The notes beneath the pieces are model-generated. The model made no database searches. It saw only the letters and a program-made list of their open reading frames with translations, and was not told the origin of the DNA. The position numbers were made by a program, and so were the translations under genes. DNA of 64,000 nt from Candidatus Bathyarchaeota archaeon (GTDB lineage: Archaea > Thermoproteota > Bathyarchaeia > Bathyarchaeales > Bathycorpusculaceae): positions 96,001 through 160,000 of the forward strand of contig CAVYXJ010000010.1 of the NCBI GenBank assembly GCA_963772455.1. The letters run 5' to 3'. Every line of letters starts with the position of its first letter. The stretch's first letter is position 1. Shown here piece by piece: positions 1 through 9,555 of this stretch.

Positions 1-2
1 TT

Positions 3-2801
3 AGAAAAGCTCTAAACCTAATTCCAGTTGAATGCACTGGAACCGAATCAGACCCAGTAGAGGTCTCATCATATCGTAACTTAGAAAGAGTTGAAACAAA
101 TCGTGTTAGAGGAGGCGCACTCCGAGTTGTCAATGACGGTATCGTTGGGCGTGCACAGAAAGTCTTTGTGATTATCGATAAACTCGGTTTCCAAGGTTGG
201 GAATGGCTGAAAAATTTCAAAAAGAAATCTGAAAAAAAATCTGGCGGTTTCATGGATGATGTTATTGCAGGAAGGCCAATTTTCGCGTTTCCTTCAACAC
301 GCGGTGGCTTTAGGCTTAGATACGGTAGGTCAAGAAATACTGGACTCTCGGCTGTAGGGATTCATCCTGCGACTATGTTAGTTGTCGAGAGTTTCTTAGC
401 TGCTGGTACCCAGATGCGTTTGGAATTGCCTGGGAAAGGCGGTGTCACAATGCCTGTTGACAGTATCGAAAAACCTGTGGTTTTACTAAATGATAACTCG
501 GTGGTTCGGGTATCACTAGAAAACTATTCTACAGTTAAAGGTAAGATTCAAAAAATCCTCTTCTTAGGTGATATGCTAATTGATTTTGGCGATTTCCTTT
601 ATTGTAATAAAGCACTTCCACCTTCTGGATACGTGGAAGAATGGTGGGCTAAAGACCTCCAGAATTCTATTTTATTAGGATACGAAAAGGACTTTAAAAA
701 AGCGGCAGAGACGTGCAAGCTTTCGGTAGAAAAGCTACAAAGCTTCATAGTTGACCCATTCGTAAACAAACCAACAATAAATGAGGCAATAATGCTTAGT
801 CAAAACTTGGGGATTCCATTAGCGCCTAATGCCACTTTGTTTTGGACAAGTTTAGATACTGTCCAAGAAGTTGAAAATCTCCAGAAGTGGTTAGGTTCCT
901 CATATGTCAAAGTTGAGGCTGGAGTGATATCTGAAATTACAGGGTTGGTAATCGAAGATGTGGTTAAATCTCTAAGGAAAATCTTTGTCCCCCATAAAAT
1001 TATCGACGGCAAAATAATACTGTCGGGTCAGGATGCGGCTGCTTTAGGAATGACTCTTGGCTACGGCACAAACCGACTAAATGAATCTATTCAAGCAGGT
1101 TCGGTTCTCGAGTTATTAAGTCTACTTTCAGGTGTGCTGATTAAAGATAAATCACCAACATACGTGGGTGGACGCATGGGTAGACCAGAGAAAGCCAAGC
1201 ACCGTGAAATGAAACCGCTTGTTCATGTTCTATTCCCAGTCGGTTTGAAGGGAGGTTCTCATCGTGACCTTGTTGAAGCAGCGAAGCAGGGTCCAGTTTT
1301 TGTTGAGATAACAAAACGAAAATGTCCTATCTGTAAAAATTATTCGACAAAAGTAAAATGCAATGCTTGCGGTTGCGAAACTGTTCACGAGAAAACTTGC
1401 CCTCGATGCGGAAGACCTGTAAAAGATTCTGGTTGTTCCACATGTAAGACAGACGGGGTATTGTATCAGAGACAACCAATCAACTTCAAAGAACTAATCA
1501 GTAACGCGTGCACCTCACTTGGCTATCCATCTCCTAAACTTTTACGCGGGGTCAAGGGACTAACAAACTTGGATAAGACTCCGGAAATGATTGAAAAGGG
1601 AATTTTACGTGCGAAACATGGCTTATCGGTCTATAAGGATGGTACAATACGTTTTGACGCCACAAATGCCCCGTTAACACACATCACACCAATAGAAATC
1701 AGCGTATCCATCGAAAAGATGCATCAAATGGGTTACCTCTCGGACACGCAAGGTTTGCCCTTAACAGATCCTAATCAAGTGTGTGAACTCAAAATTCAAG
1801 ATGTCGTAATTCCTTGGAGTGCGGCCAAATATTTTATCCAAATTGCTGCCTTCATCGACGACCTCCTAGTATATGTTTACAAGCAACCTGCTTTCTACAA
1901 TGTAAGAAAAGCTGAGGAATTAGTTGGGCACATACTTTTTGGGTTAGCCCCTCACACATGTGCTTGCATCTTAGGCAGAATTGCTGGTTTTACTGACCGA
2001 AACGTGATTTATGCTCATCCGGTCTGGCATTCAGCTAAACGTCGTGACTGCGACGGTGACGAAGACGCCATAATGCTTGGGCTGGACACACTTCTTAATT
2101 TCTCTCGCATTTTCTTACCTGCACAGATAGGTGGAATAATGGACGCCCCAATCTTGCTTATTCCATTTGTCAATACTAAAGAGGTGCAACGCCAAGCCCA
2201 CGACTTCGACGTAAGTGCCACTTATCCAATCGAATTCTACAAGAAAACTTTGGATAAGTCTGATGCTCGCCCAGCCAGTGCAATCATGGACATAATTAGC
2301 CATAGATTAGGCACGGAAGCACAATACGAAGGTTTCCAATTTACTACTCCCTGTTCAAGCATTAATCTCGGTAATGCAGACAGTTCTTACAAAGAATTCA
2401 AGTCAATGATCGAAAAACTTCACATGCAACTTGAATTAGGTGAAAAAATCGATGCTGTGGACCCCAGACGTGTCGCCTTAAAAGTTTTAAACACGCATTT
2501 AATGCGAGACATCGCTGGTAACTTGCGTGCTTTCTCAACTCAAGGTTTCAGATGCAAATCTTGTAATAAAAAATTTCGACGATTACCCCTTCAAGGCAAA
2601 TGCCCCTCTTGCAGTGGGAAATTAACGCTTACCGTCTATCGAGGCGGTATAGAGAAATATCTTGTAGCAGCCCAAGAACTTGTCGACAAATACGGTTTAC
2701 CTAAATATTATACCCAACGCATGGACTTAATTAAGGAAGAGATAGCCACAATGTTTGATAATAAAAAGCCAAAACAATCGAAGCTTTTTGATTTTAAGTA
2801 G
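3..2801 (+). CDS. polC: DNA polymerase D large subunit DP2 (5'-truncated by window)
   Basis: Frame is open from position 3 (…NRVRGGALRVVNDG…). Motifs GGFRLRYGRSRNTG, YKDGTIRFD and catalytic KRRDCDGDED, plus Zn fingers. No intein. Confidence 0.97.
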   Translation, partial: RKALNLIPVECTGTESDPVEVSSYRNLERVETNRVRGGALRVVNDGIVGRAQKVFVIIDKLGFQGWEWLKNFKKKSEKKSGGFMDDVIAGRPIFAFPSTRGGFRLRYGRSRNTGLSAVGIHPATMLVVESFLAAGTQMRLELPGKGGVTMPVDSIEKPVVLLNDNSVVRVSLENYSTVKGKIQKILFLGDMLIDFGDFLYCNKALPPSGYVEEWWAKDLQNSILLGYEKDFKKAAETCKLSVEKLQSFIVDPFVNKPTINEAIMLSQNLGIPLAPNATLFWTSLDTVQEVENLQKWLGSSYVKVEAGVISEITGLVIEDVVKSLRKIFVPHKIIDGKIILSGQDAAALGMTLGYGTNRLNESIQAGSVLELLSLLSGVLIKDKSPTYVGGRMGRPEKAKHREMKPLVHVLFPVGLKGGSHRDLVEAAKQGPVFVEITKRKCPICKNYSTKVKCNACGCETVHEKTCPRCGRPVKDSGCSTCKTDGVLYQRQPINFKELISNACTSLGYPSPKLLRGVKGLTNLDKTPEMIEKGILRAKHGLSVYKDGTIRFDATNAPLTHITPIEISVSIEKMHQMGYLSDTQGLPLTDPNQVCELKIQDVVIPWSAAKYFIQIAAFIDDLLVYVYKQPAFYNVRKAEELVGHILFGLAPHTCACILGRIAGFTDRNVIYAHPVWHSAKRRDCDGDEDAIMLGLDTLLNFSRIFLPAQIGGIMDAPILLIPFVNTKEVQRQAHDFDVSATYPIEFYKKTLDKSDARPASAIMDIISHRLGTEAQYEGFQFTTPCSSINLGNADSSYKEFKSMIEKLHMQLELGEKIDAVDPRRVALKVLNTHLMRDIAGNLRAFSTQGFRCKSCNKKFRRLPLQGKCPSCSGKLTLTVYRGGIEKYLVAAQELVDKYGLPKYYTQRMDLIKEEIATMFDNKKPKQSKLFDFK

Positions 2802-2866
2802 ACTAAAGCTTTTCAAGGTAAACCGCACTCATATTTTACTCGGTGGAATCAGAGATCAGAGAATCC

Positions 2867-3115
2867 ATGCACCCGAATGCTTTCTTAAGAAACATCAGAA
2901 ACGTACATTGCGGTCTTATAGCCCGAACAAAAATCTTGGTTATACTTGAAAATCAAGGGTTCAATGCAGGCAAGATTGCAAAAGAATCAGGCTTGTCTTA
3001 TGGTGTTGTTACTTATCATCTTAAGCTTCTAAAAAACGACGGTAGTGTTGAAAGGAAAGGCAATAGGCGTTATGTTTGGCTATCGACTGGTTTAGGGCAG
3101 AAAAGATTAGGCTAA
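2867..3115 (+). CDS. Winged-helix (ArsR-like) DNA-binding protein
   Basis: IAKESGLSYGVVTYHLKLL HTH followed by a wing. ATG 2867 preferred over GTG 2843. Confidence 0.75.
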   Translation: MHPNAFLRNIRNVHCGLIARTKILVILENQGFNAGKIAKESGLSYGVVTYHLKLLKNDGSVERKGNRRYVWLSTGLGQKRLG

Positions 3116-3399
3116 AAAACGCAAAGACAAGGTGAGCCTTGGCATTTTGGGCATTTGTGATTATATTTGGTGAGTGCTGCTTTTTCAAGGTCAATTCCCA
3201 TAATGTTTGCTAGCGAGGCGAGCCAAGCAAGTACATCTGCAAACTCTTTCTCTGTAGCTTCCCTGTCATTTCCCTTCAACTCCTCGCCTAACTCAGCCAC
3301 TTCATCGATTAACCAGTTGAAAGTTCCATTTAGCCCCCGTTCAGAATCTCTTTGGAAGTACAGACGCTTCATCATTTCTTGAAATTCATGTATCTGCAT
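3112..3399 (-). CDS. MazG-like NTP pyrophosphohydrolase
   Basis: EVAEL…EFADVLAW motif; C-terminal CxxCxxxxCxC. Confidence 0.88.
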   Translation of the reverse strand: MQIHEFQEMMKRLYFQRDSERGLNGTFNWLIDEVAELGEELKGNDREATEKEFADVLAWLASLANIMGIDLEKAALTKYNHKCPKCQGSPCLCVF

Positions 3400-3590
3400 A
3401 ATACTTTCCTCAATGAATATGTTTTTAGTTTCGTTTAAACAGTTTTCTTTCTTGCTCTTTAGACATCATTCCTAGTTTATGTTAAAAGAGTCTCAAAAAT
3501 AAAATGAGAATGGTTTTTTAGATTAGGCGCAAGATTAATTAGTCAAATAAAAGATAAGGCATGTATCACATTAACTTAGAGGTATATTTG

Positions 3591-3764
3591 GTGAGTAGGA
3601 AGAAAAAGAAAGATACTGGTCCAATGCCTGCTGCAAGTGCAGGGTTGCTCAGATTTTTCGAAGAAGAGACAGAAGGAGTCAAAATCCGACCTGAACTTCT
3701 AATAGTCTTTGCGGTTTCATTAATTGTTATATCGGTTTTGGCAAAAATCTTCTTCCCAGTTTAA
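3591..3764 (+). CDS. secG: Preprotein translocase subunit Sec61beta
   Basis: AGLLRFFEEE…KIRPE followed by a single TM helix. GTG start after a GAGG SD. Confidence 0.9.
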   Translation: MSRKKKKDTGPMPAASAGLLRFFEEETEGVKIRPELLIVFAVSLIVISVLAKIFFPV

Positions 3765-3773
3765 TTTTTTTTT
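3765..3773 (+). terminator. Oligo-T terminator after sec61beta
   Basis: T9 run directly after the stop codon, between convergent genes. Confidence 0.55.
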
Positions 3774-4062
3774 AACGTCTTGGAGAAGTTGGATGCAAGA
3801 CTTCAATTCTTTGAACAGAATTCAAATGCAGAAATAATTCACTTCTTTCTTCTCGGCTTGCAACCTGAGGTATAGGTTGAGCGATGGTTGAACGCAATAC
3901 GATAGCCTCGGCATCCGAGAGCCAGATTCCTGATGGTTCGTGGGTAACCGCGGTTAAAGTTCCTTCGAAACCGTAAGCTGGATCTAATATTACTCTTATT
4001 TTTTTGCCCACGTTTCTTTCCAGCATATGAAATATTGAAGGGGGCAATTCTTGATCTGGCAT
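3772..4062 (-). CDS. Divergent Sm/LSm-fold protein
   Basis: VGKKIRVIL…FEGTLTAV…IWLSDAE (Sm1-like) and LFLHLNSVQRI (Sm2-like). Confidence 0.7.
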   Translation of the reverse strand: MPDQELPPSIFHMLERNVGKKIRVILDPAYGFEGTLTAVTHEPSGIWLSDAEAIVLRSTIAQPIPQVASREERSELFLHLNSVQRIEVLHPTSPRR

Positions 4063-4307
4063 AACCTTAGCAAATTAATACAATTGTGGCTCTAAAGATA
4101 AAACAATATCCCCGCTGAGGTATGTTACCTTTCACGGTATTATAGTTATTTGGTATTTGGTTGACGGTAGCTTTTGATTACTTTATGATAAAATAAGACA
4201 TCGTTTACCTGACGTTATAAAAAAAACTGTCTTTATTGTACCAAAGTTGAGACTTAAACTTAGCTAAATTTTAATATGGCAGGTTAATTCCATTGTAGAG
4301 ATAAAAA

Positions 4308-6122
4308 TTGGCGATAGATAATTCTCTTAATACTTCAATGGATAGCGCGAAAAAACACTATTCCTCCATGTTTACTCTTCCATCATACAGAAAAGCAATT
4401 CTTGCAATCGTTGTACTCTGTATTGTTGGAGTTAGCATATGCGCTTCTGCTATTTTCCCCCTGATTAACAGTATATTCTTGGGATTCATTCTTTTAGGTA
4501 TAACATTTTTTACTGATTTAGTAACTAGCAAAATAATTTTGAAAGAAGACCCGATTTTTTCCATGCGGAGAACTCTAGTACTTTCCCTAGTTGGATGGAT
4601 TTTCTGGGTTTTCTTTCTATCTTTGGGCGTGGGGTTAGGTTTTATTTTAGGATGGATTTTCTGGGTTAAACTTTCATTGTTAGGATTCTCAGTGGTAGTA
4701 ACTTTAAGACTTATCGTGTTCACCACCACCTCGTCAGCGTCCTCCTTTAAGCGGTGGTCATCAACTTTAATGCAACCTGTCTTTTGCATAACCGCTTTCC
4801 TTATTTTCTGGACAGGTTACCCAAATATCCTAATCATTGGTTGGCAAATGTTGCTCTTTGTTGTTGTAGCACCAATAATCGGGTTTCTCGCCGTTTTTCT
4901 CTTACTTTCATCTATAGATCGCTTAGGAAAAAATCTTTTTTCTTTACCCGCTTTGCCAATATTTAGAGCTTTCTTACTTAATTGGGTAGATAACCAGAAT
5001 GCTCCTCTTGAAGAGTACCTGGAAGAATTGGGTGAAGACGCAGATATTTCAGTGACAATGCTAAAGTTTGGGAATCCCAAAAACAAAGCGGCTATAATCG
5101 TTCCCCAGGTCCATCCGGGTCCATTCAAAAACATAGGAAGTAGCATTTTACCTTCTCTTCTAAAGCGCGAAGTCGAAAAAGAATTTGGTGCTAATATCTG
5201 CGTTCCATTGGGGCTTCTCGGACATGAACTTGACTTAACTTCACAAGCACAAAACTACAAAATAATTGAGCAAGTTATCTCTTCGGCAAGGTTTGAACCT
5301 CAATCTATCTTAGCTTCGCCCTTTGTCCAAGTCAAAGAGGGCATTGCAACGGCTTCTTGTCAGATCTTCGGCGACACAGCTTTCTTGTCTTTTACATTGG
5401 CTCCAAAAACGACTGAAGATTTACCACAAGAGCTAGGACATATAGTTACTGAGGCTGCAAAAAAATTAGGGCTCTCAAATTCCGTAGTTGTTAATTGTCA
5501 CAACTGTTTAACTGACATAGTTGATTCAGCTGAGCATCTTGATGAATTGCAAAAAGTGGGTATTAAATGCCTGCAAAAAGCCGTTGCCTTACCGACAAAA
5601 CCGTTTAGCGTCGGTTCCCATACTATTTTTCCCAATGAATTCAATCTTAAAGCAGGAATGGGCGCTGGAGGAATAACTGCAATAATCATTCAATTAGAAA
5701 CCCAAAAAACAGCTTATGTAGTTATAGATGGCAATAATATGGTTCCTGGTCTTCGCGAAAAAATTCTGAAAAGTTTACTTGACCTAGGGTTTGAAGCAAG
5801 CGAAGTCTTTACAACAGATACTCATGCTGTTACTGCTTCGATAACTGGGAGGCAAGGATATCATCCCGTTGGTGAAGTCATGAATCAAACCTTGCTTATT
5901 CAGTACATAGGTGAAGTTGCAAAGAAGGCAAAAGCAAACCTTGAAGAATGCAATGCTGGTTGCCGGACGTTCATAGTGCCACATGTTAGAGTAATCGGTG
6001 AAGAGCGTCTCAAATCCATAACGACTCTCGTAGACAAAGCAATTTCGAAGGCAAAACATATAGTTGTTCCAATCTTTGGGGCAGAAGGGTTAGTTTTACT
6101 CTTACTTACGTTGTTATTTTAG
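4308..6122 (+). CDS. DUF2070 family membrane protein (predicted lipid hydrolase)
   Basis: About 6 N-terminal TMs; HPGPFKNIGSS, DGNN and TTDTH motifs. Confidence 0.85.
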   Translation: MAIDNSLNTSMDSAKKHYSSMFTLPSYRKAILAIVVLCIVGVSICASAIFPLINSIFLGFILLGITFFTDLVTSKIILKEDPIFSMRRTLVLSLVGWIFWVFFLSLGVGLGFILGWIFWVKLSLLGFSVVVTLRLIVFTTTSSASSFKRWSSTLMQPVFCITAFLIFWTGYPNILIIGWQMLLFVVVAPIIGFLAVFLLLSSIDRLGKNLFSLPALPIFRAFLLNWVDNQNAPLEEYLEELGEDADISVTMLKFGNPKNKAAIIVPQVHPGPFKNIGSSILPSLLKREVEKEFGANICVPLGLLGHELDLTSQAQNYKIIEQVISSARFEPQSILASPFVQVKEGIATASCQIFGDTAFLSFTLAPKTTEDLPQELGHIVTEAAKKLGLSNSVVVNCHNCLTDIVDSAEHLDELQKVGIKCLQKAVALPTKPFSVGSHTIFPNEFNLKAGMGAGGITAIIIQLETQKTAYVVIDGNNMVPGLREKILKSLLDLGFEASEVFTTDTHAVTASITGRQGYHPVGEVMNQTLLIQYIGEVAKKAKANLEECNAGCRTFIVPHVRVIGEERLKSITTLVDKAISKAKHIVVPIFGAEGLVLLLLTLLF

Positions 6123-6123
6123 A

Positions 6124-6666
6124 CTATTTGTTTGTTGTTCGACGTGGTTTTCGCTTGAGTTCTGTACCGCAAACAAGGCATTCAGAGGTTTTAGAGTTTG
6201 CTGGGTACTGACGATGGCAAGCTGGACAATATCTTATCCATTCTAAAAGTCGTTTGATTCCGAAAGTGGCTATAGCTAAAAACTCTATTTCCATTTGAGT
6301 AGCAACGTTTTGGATTGAATAGTCATCAGTGACAATTTGAGGATTGTACCCGGCGGCTTTGAGTTCAAAGGCTAACGCTAAAAGCTCAATGTCCGCTTCT
6401 GAGAGTTTAAACGAGTCACCAACTTTGCTCGCAGAAACTTTAGCAGTATCTGAAAATTGCTGGGAAGGTGCTTTAACTTTAACTTTGCCGGATTCGACCG
6501 CGGTTTCAAAACGCATTTTAATCATAGAATTTCTGAGTATTTCTTCTCCAACCTTTGGCACCGTTACTTGTTCTGCACCAAGAGAAAAAGGATCAAAACC
6601 AGCCAAAAAAGCCGAAGTATCTAAAACAAAAATGCGTTTATGTTGACTGTCGACTTGGTTATTCAT
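6124..6666 (-). CDS. nob1: Nob1 rRNA-processing endonuclease
   Basis: PIN motifs VLDTSAF, LSEAD and TDDYSIQN, plus a C-terminal Zn ribbon. Confidence 0.93.
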   Translation of the reverse strand: MNNQVDSQHKRIFVLDTSAFLAGFDPFSLGAEQVTVPKVGEEILRNSMIKMRFETAVESGKVKVKAPSQQFSDTAKVSASKVGDSFKLSEADIELLALAFELKAAGYNPQIVTDDYSIQNVATQMEIEFLAIATFGIKRLLEWIRYCPACHRQYPANSKTSECLVCGTELKRKPRRTTNK

Positions 6667-7514
6667 TCTGTTCCCTTAAAAAGTAATCTGTTCTTTAACC
6701 TGTCATAAAAATCGGTTTCAAAACGAATAAACGAAGTTACGTTTTTGGACCTTGTAACTTCAAGTATATCCTCAACAGCTACAATTTTTCGGTAATTGCC
6801 ATCGATTAAGATAAGCATTTCATTTGGTCTTTCAACATTGAAGCTCACAGTTGAATCAGCCGGAAACACAAGCGAATGAAAAACCGTTAACGAGCAAATA
6901 GGCGTTAGAACATAGGCATCAACTTCTTGGTCTAAAACTGGTCCCCCTGCTGAAAGTGAGTAGCCTGTGGAACCTGTTTGAGTTGCAACGATTAATCCGT
7001 CTGCTTGGCATTTTAGGATTGGCTGTCCATCTTTACATATTTGCGAATAAAGTATTTTTGAAGGTTCACAAGCAGATATGACAACATCGTTTAAAGCATC
7101 GGGCATTGGTTTTTTGCCAATTGAAACGGCCAATTTTGCACATTTTTCTATTTTGTACTCGCCTTTAAGAATTCTTTCTACCGCATCATAGACCTTTTTT
7201 GGTTCAACTTCTGTTAGAAAGCCTCTGACTCCCATGTTTATTGTTAATATCGGAGGCTCAGGTTTAGGAACATTGAGGCAAGTTCGCAGAATGGTTCCAT
7301 CTCCCCCAATAGTAATGATAAAATCAGTCTTCATTTTTGAGAGTGGAATAAATTCTTCTTTAGTAGTCACTTTGTCTGCGAGAGTATCTTCAATGTAAAC
7401 CTTCAAGCCTCTCTTTTTTAGGTACTCAGATAAATCTTCGGTTAGTTTCAGCGCCGATTTTTTATCGTAGCGGGCAACTAAACCAACGCTTTTGAACACT
7501 TTTCCACAGCTCAT
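6663..7514 (-). CDS. nadK: NAD kinase
   Basis: GGDGT, LNDVV and ADGLIVATQTGSTGYSLSAGGP motifs. Confidence 0.95.
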   Translation of the reverse strand: MSCGKVFKSVGLVARYDKKSALKLTEDLSEYLKKRGLKVYIEDTLADKVTTKEEFIPLSKMKTDFIITIGGDGTILRTCLNVPKPEPPILTINMGVRGFLTEVEPKKVYDAVERILKGEYKIEKCAKLAVSIGKKPMPDALNDVVISACEPSKILYSQICKDGQPILKCQADGLIVATQTGSTGYSLSAGGPVLDQEVDAYVLTPICSLTVFHSLVFPADSTVSFNVERPNEMLILIDGNYRKIVAVEDILEVTRSKNVTSFIRFETDFYDRLKNRLLFKGTE

Positions 7515-7589
7515 TATTAGCGTAAACCTTAATCTATATATGCGTGTTGTTCAGAATTGCATTAAATAGAAAGATACTGTGGTGAGCGT

Positions 7590-7982
7590 ATGAGTAAACC
7601 AGTAGATGTTGGAGAATTACGCGTCGGCGGCTACATGATGATTGAGGGTGAACCCTGTCGCATAGTAGACATCGCCAAGTCCAAACCGGGAAAACATGGT
7701 TCAGCTAAAGCCAGAATCGTTGCTATAGGCGTTTTTGACGGACAAAAAAGACAATTCGTTAAACCAGTTGACCTTGGAGCGGAGGTCCCCATAATTGATA
7801 AAAGGACAGGTCAAGTCTTCGCGATTAACCCCACTGGCGTACAGATAATGGACTTGGAAACCTATGAGTACTTAGATGCTCCATTTCCAGATGAGCCAGA
7901 GTTAAAAGTAAAACTTGTTGCTGGCGCTGAAATTGAATACTGGGCGATCCTTGGAAAAGTAAAAATCGTCAGAGTAAAATAA
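7590..7982 (+). CDS. eif5a: Translation factor aIF-5A
   Basis: Hypusine loop SKPGKHGSAKAR; GGTGA SD upstream. Confidence 0.98.
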   Translation: MSKPVDVGELRVGGYMMIEGEPCRIVDIAKSKPGKHGSAKARIVAIGVFDGQKRQFVKPVDLGAEVPIIDKRTGQVFAINPTGVQIMDLETYEYLDAPFPDEPELKVKLVAGAEIEYWAILGKVKIVRVK

Positions 7983-8047
7983 TCATTTAAATATTTTTTC
8001 TTCTTATTTCCGTTAAAGTTTATGTTCTAGCGTGAAGCCTTTTGCAT

Positions 8048-8115
8048 TGAAGCCAATGATGCATGAAGAGCCGTCTGATTTGTGAAGAATATTTTAATGG
8101 GGAACTGAGGCTTCA
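8048..8115 (+). ncRNA. Box C/D methylation-guide sRNA (double guide)
   Basis: Terminal stem TGAAGCC (8048-54)/GGCTTCA (8109-15). Box C ATGATGC 8056-62, D' CTGA 8075-78, C' GTGAAGA 8082-88, D CTGA 8105-08. TTTATG about 25 nt upstream. Confidence 0.85.
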
Positions 8116-8198
8116 CCTAAATATTACCCTCCGTTGTTTCAGTTTTAAGATGCAATCTTTATTTAAAAGAACAATAGATGTTTAGGCTGGAGACTCTG

Positions 8199-9545
8199 AT
8201 GGCACTAGATAATTTAGGTTCATCTCTAACAAACGCTATAAAGAAGCTTTTCAAAGCTGGCGTAGTTGATGAAGCCACAGTGAAGGAACTGGTCCGCGAT
8301 ATCCAACGCGCTCTGCTTCAATCAGACGTTAATGTCCAACTTGTTCTTCAAATCTCCAAAAACATTGAAGATCGAGCACTTAAAGAAAAAGTTCCGCCAG
8401 GCGTTTCAAGACGCGAACACGTAATAAAAGTAGTTTACGAAGAATTAACAAAATTCGTTGGCGATAAGCCTGTTCCACTCAAAGTGGAGCCGGGCAAAAA
8501 GAAAATCGTAATGCTAGTAGGTATTCAAGGTTCAGGAAAAACCACACACGCTGCTAAACTGGCGAGGTATTTCCAAAAGAGAGGTTTAAAGGTGGGATTG
8601 ATTTGTGCTGATACTTACCGTCCAGGAGCTTATGCCCAACTTCAGCAACTTGCAACTCGAACAAATACACCCTTCTTTGGTGACCTAAAACAAAAAGACC
8701 CAGTGAAAGTGGTTAGGGAAGGTCTAAAGCAATTCGTCGAAAAAGATTTTATTATTGTTGATACCGCTGGCAGGCATAAGGAAGAGAAAGATTTAATCAA
8801 GGAAATGAAGGACCTTGAAAAGAACATTAAACCTGACGAGGTCATAATGGTTATTGACGGCACCATCGGTCAGCAAGCACTTGCACAAGCAAAAACCTTC
8901 CATGAAGCAACACCCATCGGCGCAATTATAGTAACTAAACTCGATGGATCCTCAAGGGGAGGCGGAGCACTTTCAGCAGTTGCCGCAACTGGAGCCCCCA
9001 TTAAATTTATAGGGACTGGAGAAAAAATCGAAGACATTGAACCTTTTATTCCTTCGCGGTTTGTCGGTCGACTGTTAGGCATGGGTGATCTAGAAACTCT
9101 ATTAGAAAAAGTAAAAGACGCTGAAATTCAAGTTCCTCAAAAGAAAGCTAAAGAAATTATGAGCGGTAATTTTACTTTAACCGATATGTATGAACAATTC
9201 CAAGCAGTTAAAAAAATGGGGCCTTTCGGAAAAGTTCTCAAAATGATTCCAGGTATGTCTTCTTCAGATGTTCCGGAAGAGATGTTAAACACCGCCGAAG
9301 GACGACTTGAAAAGTGGGGAGTAATAATCCAATCCATGACTCTACAGGAGAAAGAGAATCCTAAATTGCTAAATTCTTCAAGGGCAAAGCGCATTGCTCG
9401 AGGATCAGGAACATCTGAAAAGGAGGTCAAGGAACTTCTCAAACAATACATCATGATGCGTAAAATGCTGAAGATGTTCAAACACAAGAAGAAGCTTCCT
9501 TTTGGCTTAGGTGGCGGGAAAGGTATGCCCACAGGTTTCAAGTAG
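8199..9545 (+). CDS. srp54: Signal recognition particle protein SRP54
   Basis: GIQGSGKTT, DTAGRH and TKLD GTPase motifs; M domain RIARGSG. ATG 8199 follows a GGAG. Confidence 0.98.
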   Translation: MALDNLGSSLTNAIKKLFKAGVVDEATVKELVRDIQRALLQSDVNVQLVLQISKNIEDRALKEKVPPGVSRREHVIKVVYEELTKFVGDKPVPLKVEPGKKKIVMLVGIQGSGKTTHAAKLARYFQKRGLKVGLICADTYRPGAYAQLQQLATRTNTPFFGDLKQKDPVKVVREGLKQFVEKDFIIVDTAGRHKEEKDLIKEMKDLEKNIKPDEVIMVIDGTIGQQALAQAKTFHEATPIGAIIVTKLDGSSRGGGALSAVAATGAPIKFIGTGEKIEDIEPFIPSRFVGRLLGMGDLETLLEKVKDAEIQVPQKKAKEIMSGNFTLTDMYEQFQAVKKMGPFGKVLKMIPGMSSSDVPEEMLNTAEGRLEKWGVIIQSMTLQEKENPKLLNSSRAKRIARGSGTSEKEVKELLKQYIMMRKMLKMFKHKKKLPFGLGGGKGMPTGFK

Positions 9546-9555
9546 GCTAAAAAGA

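Noticed and set aside
3-2801. Possible inteins in polC (also checked mcm, rfcS, ppsA)
   Set aside because: Lengths are normal, catalytic motifs are contiguous and no splice-junction motifs were seen.
2867-3399. wHTH plus MazG as a defence or toxin-antitoxin pair
   Set aside because: The genes are convergent rather than operonic, and the small stand-alone MazG is a common archaeal housekeeping type.
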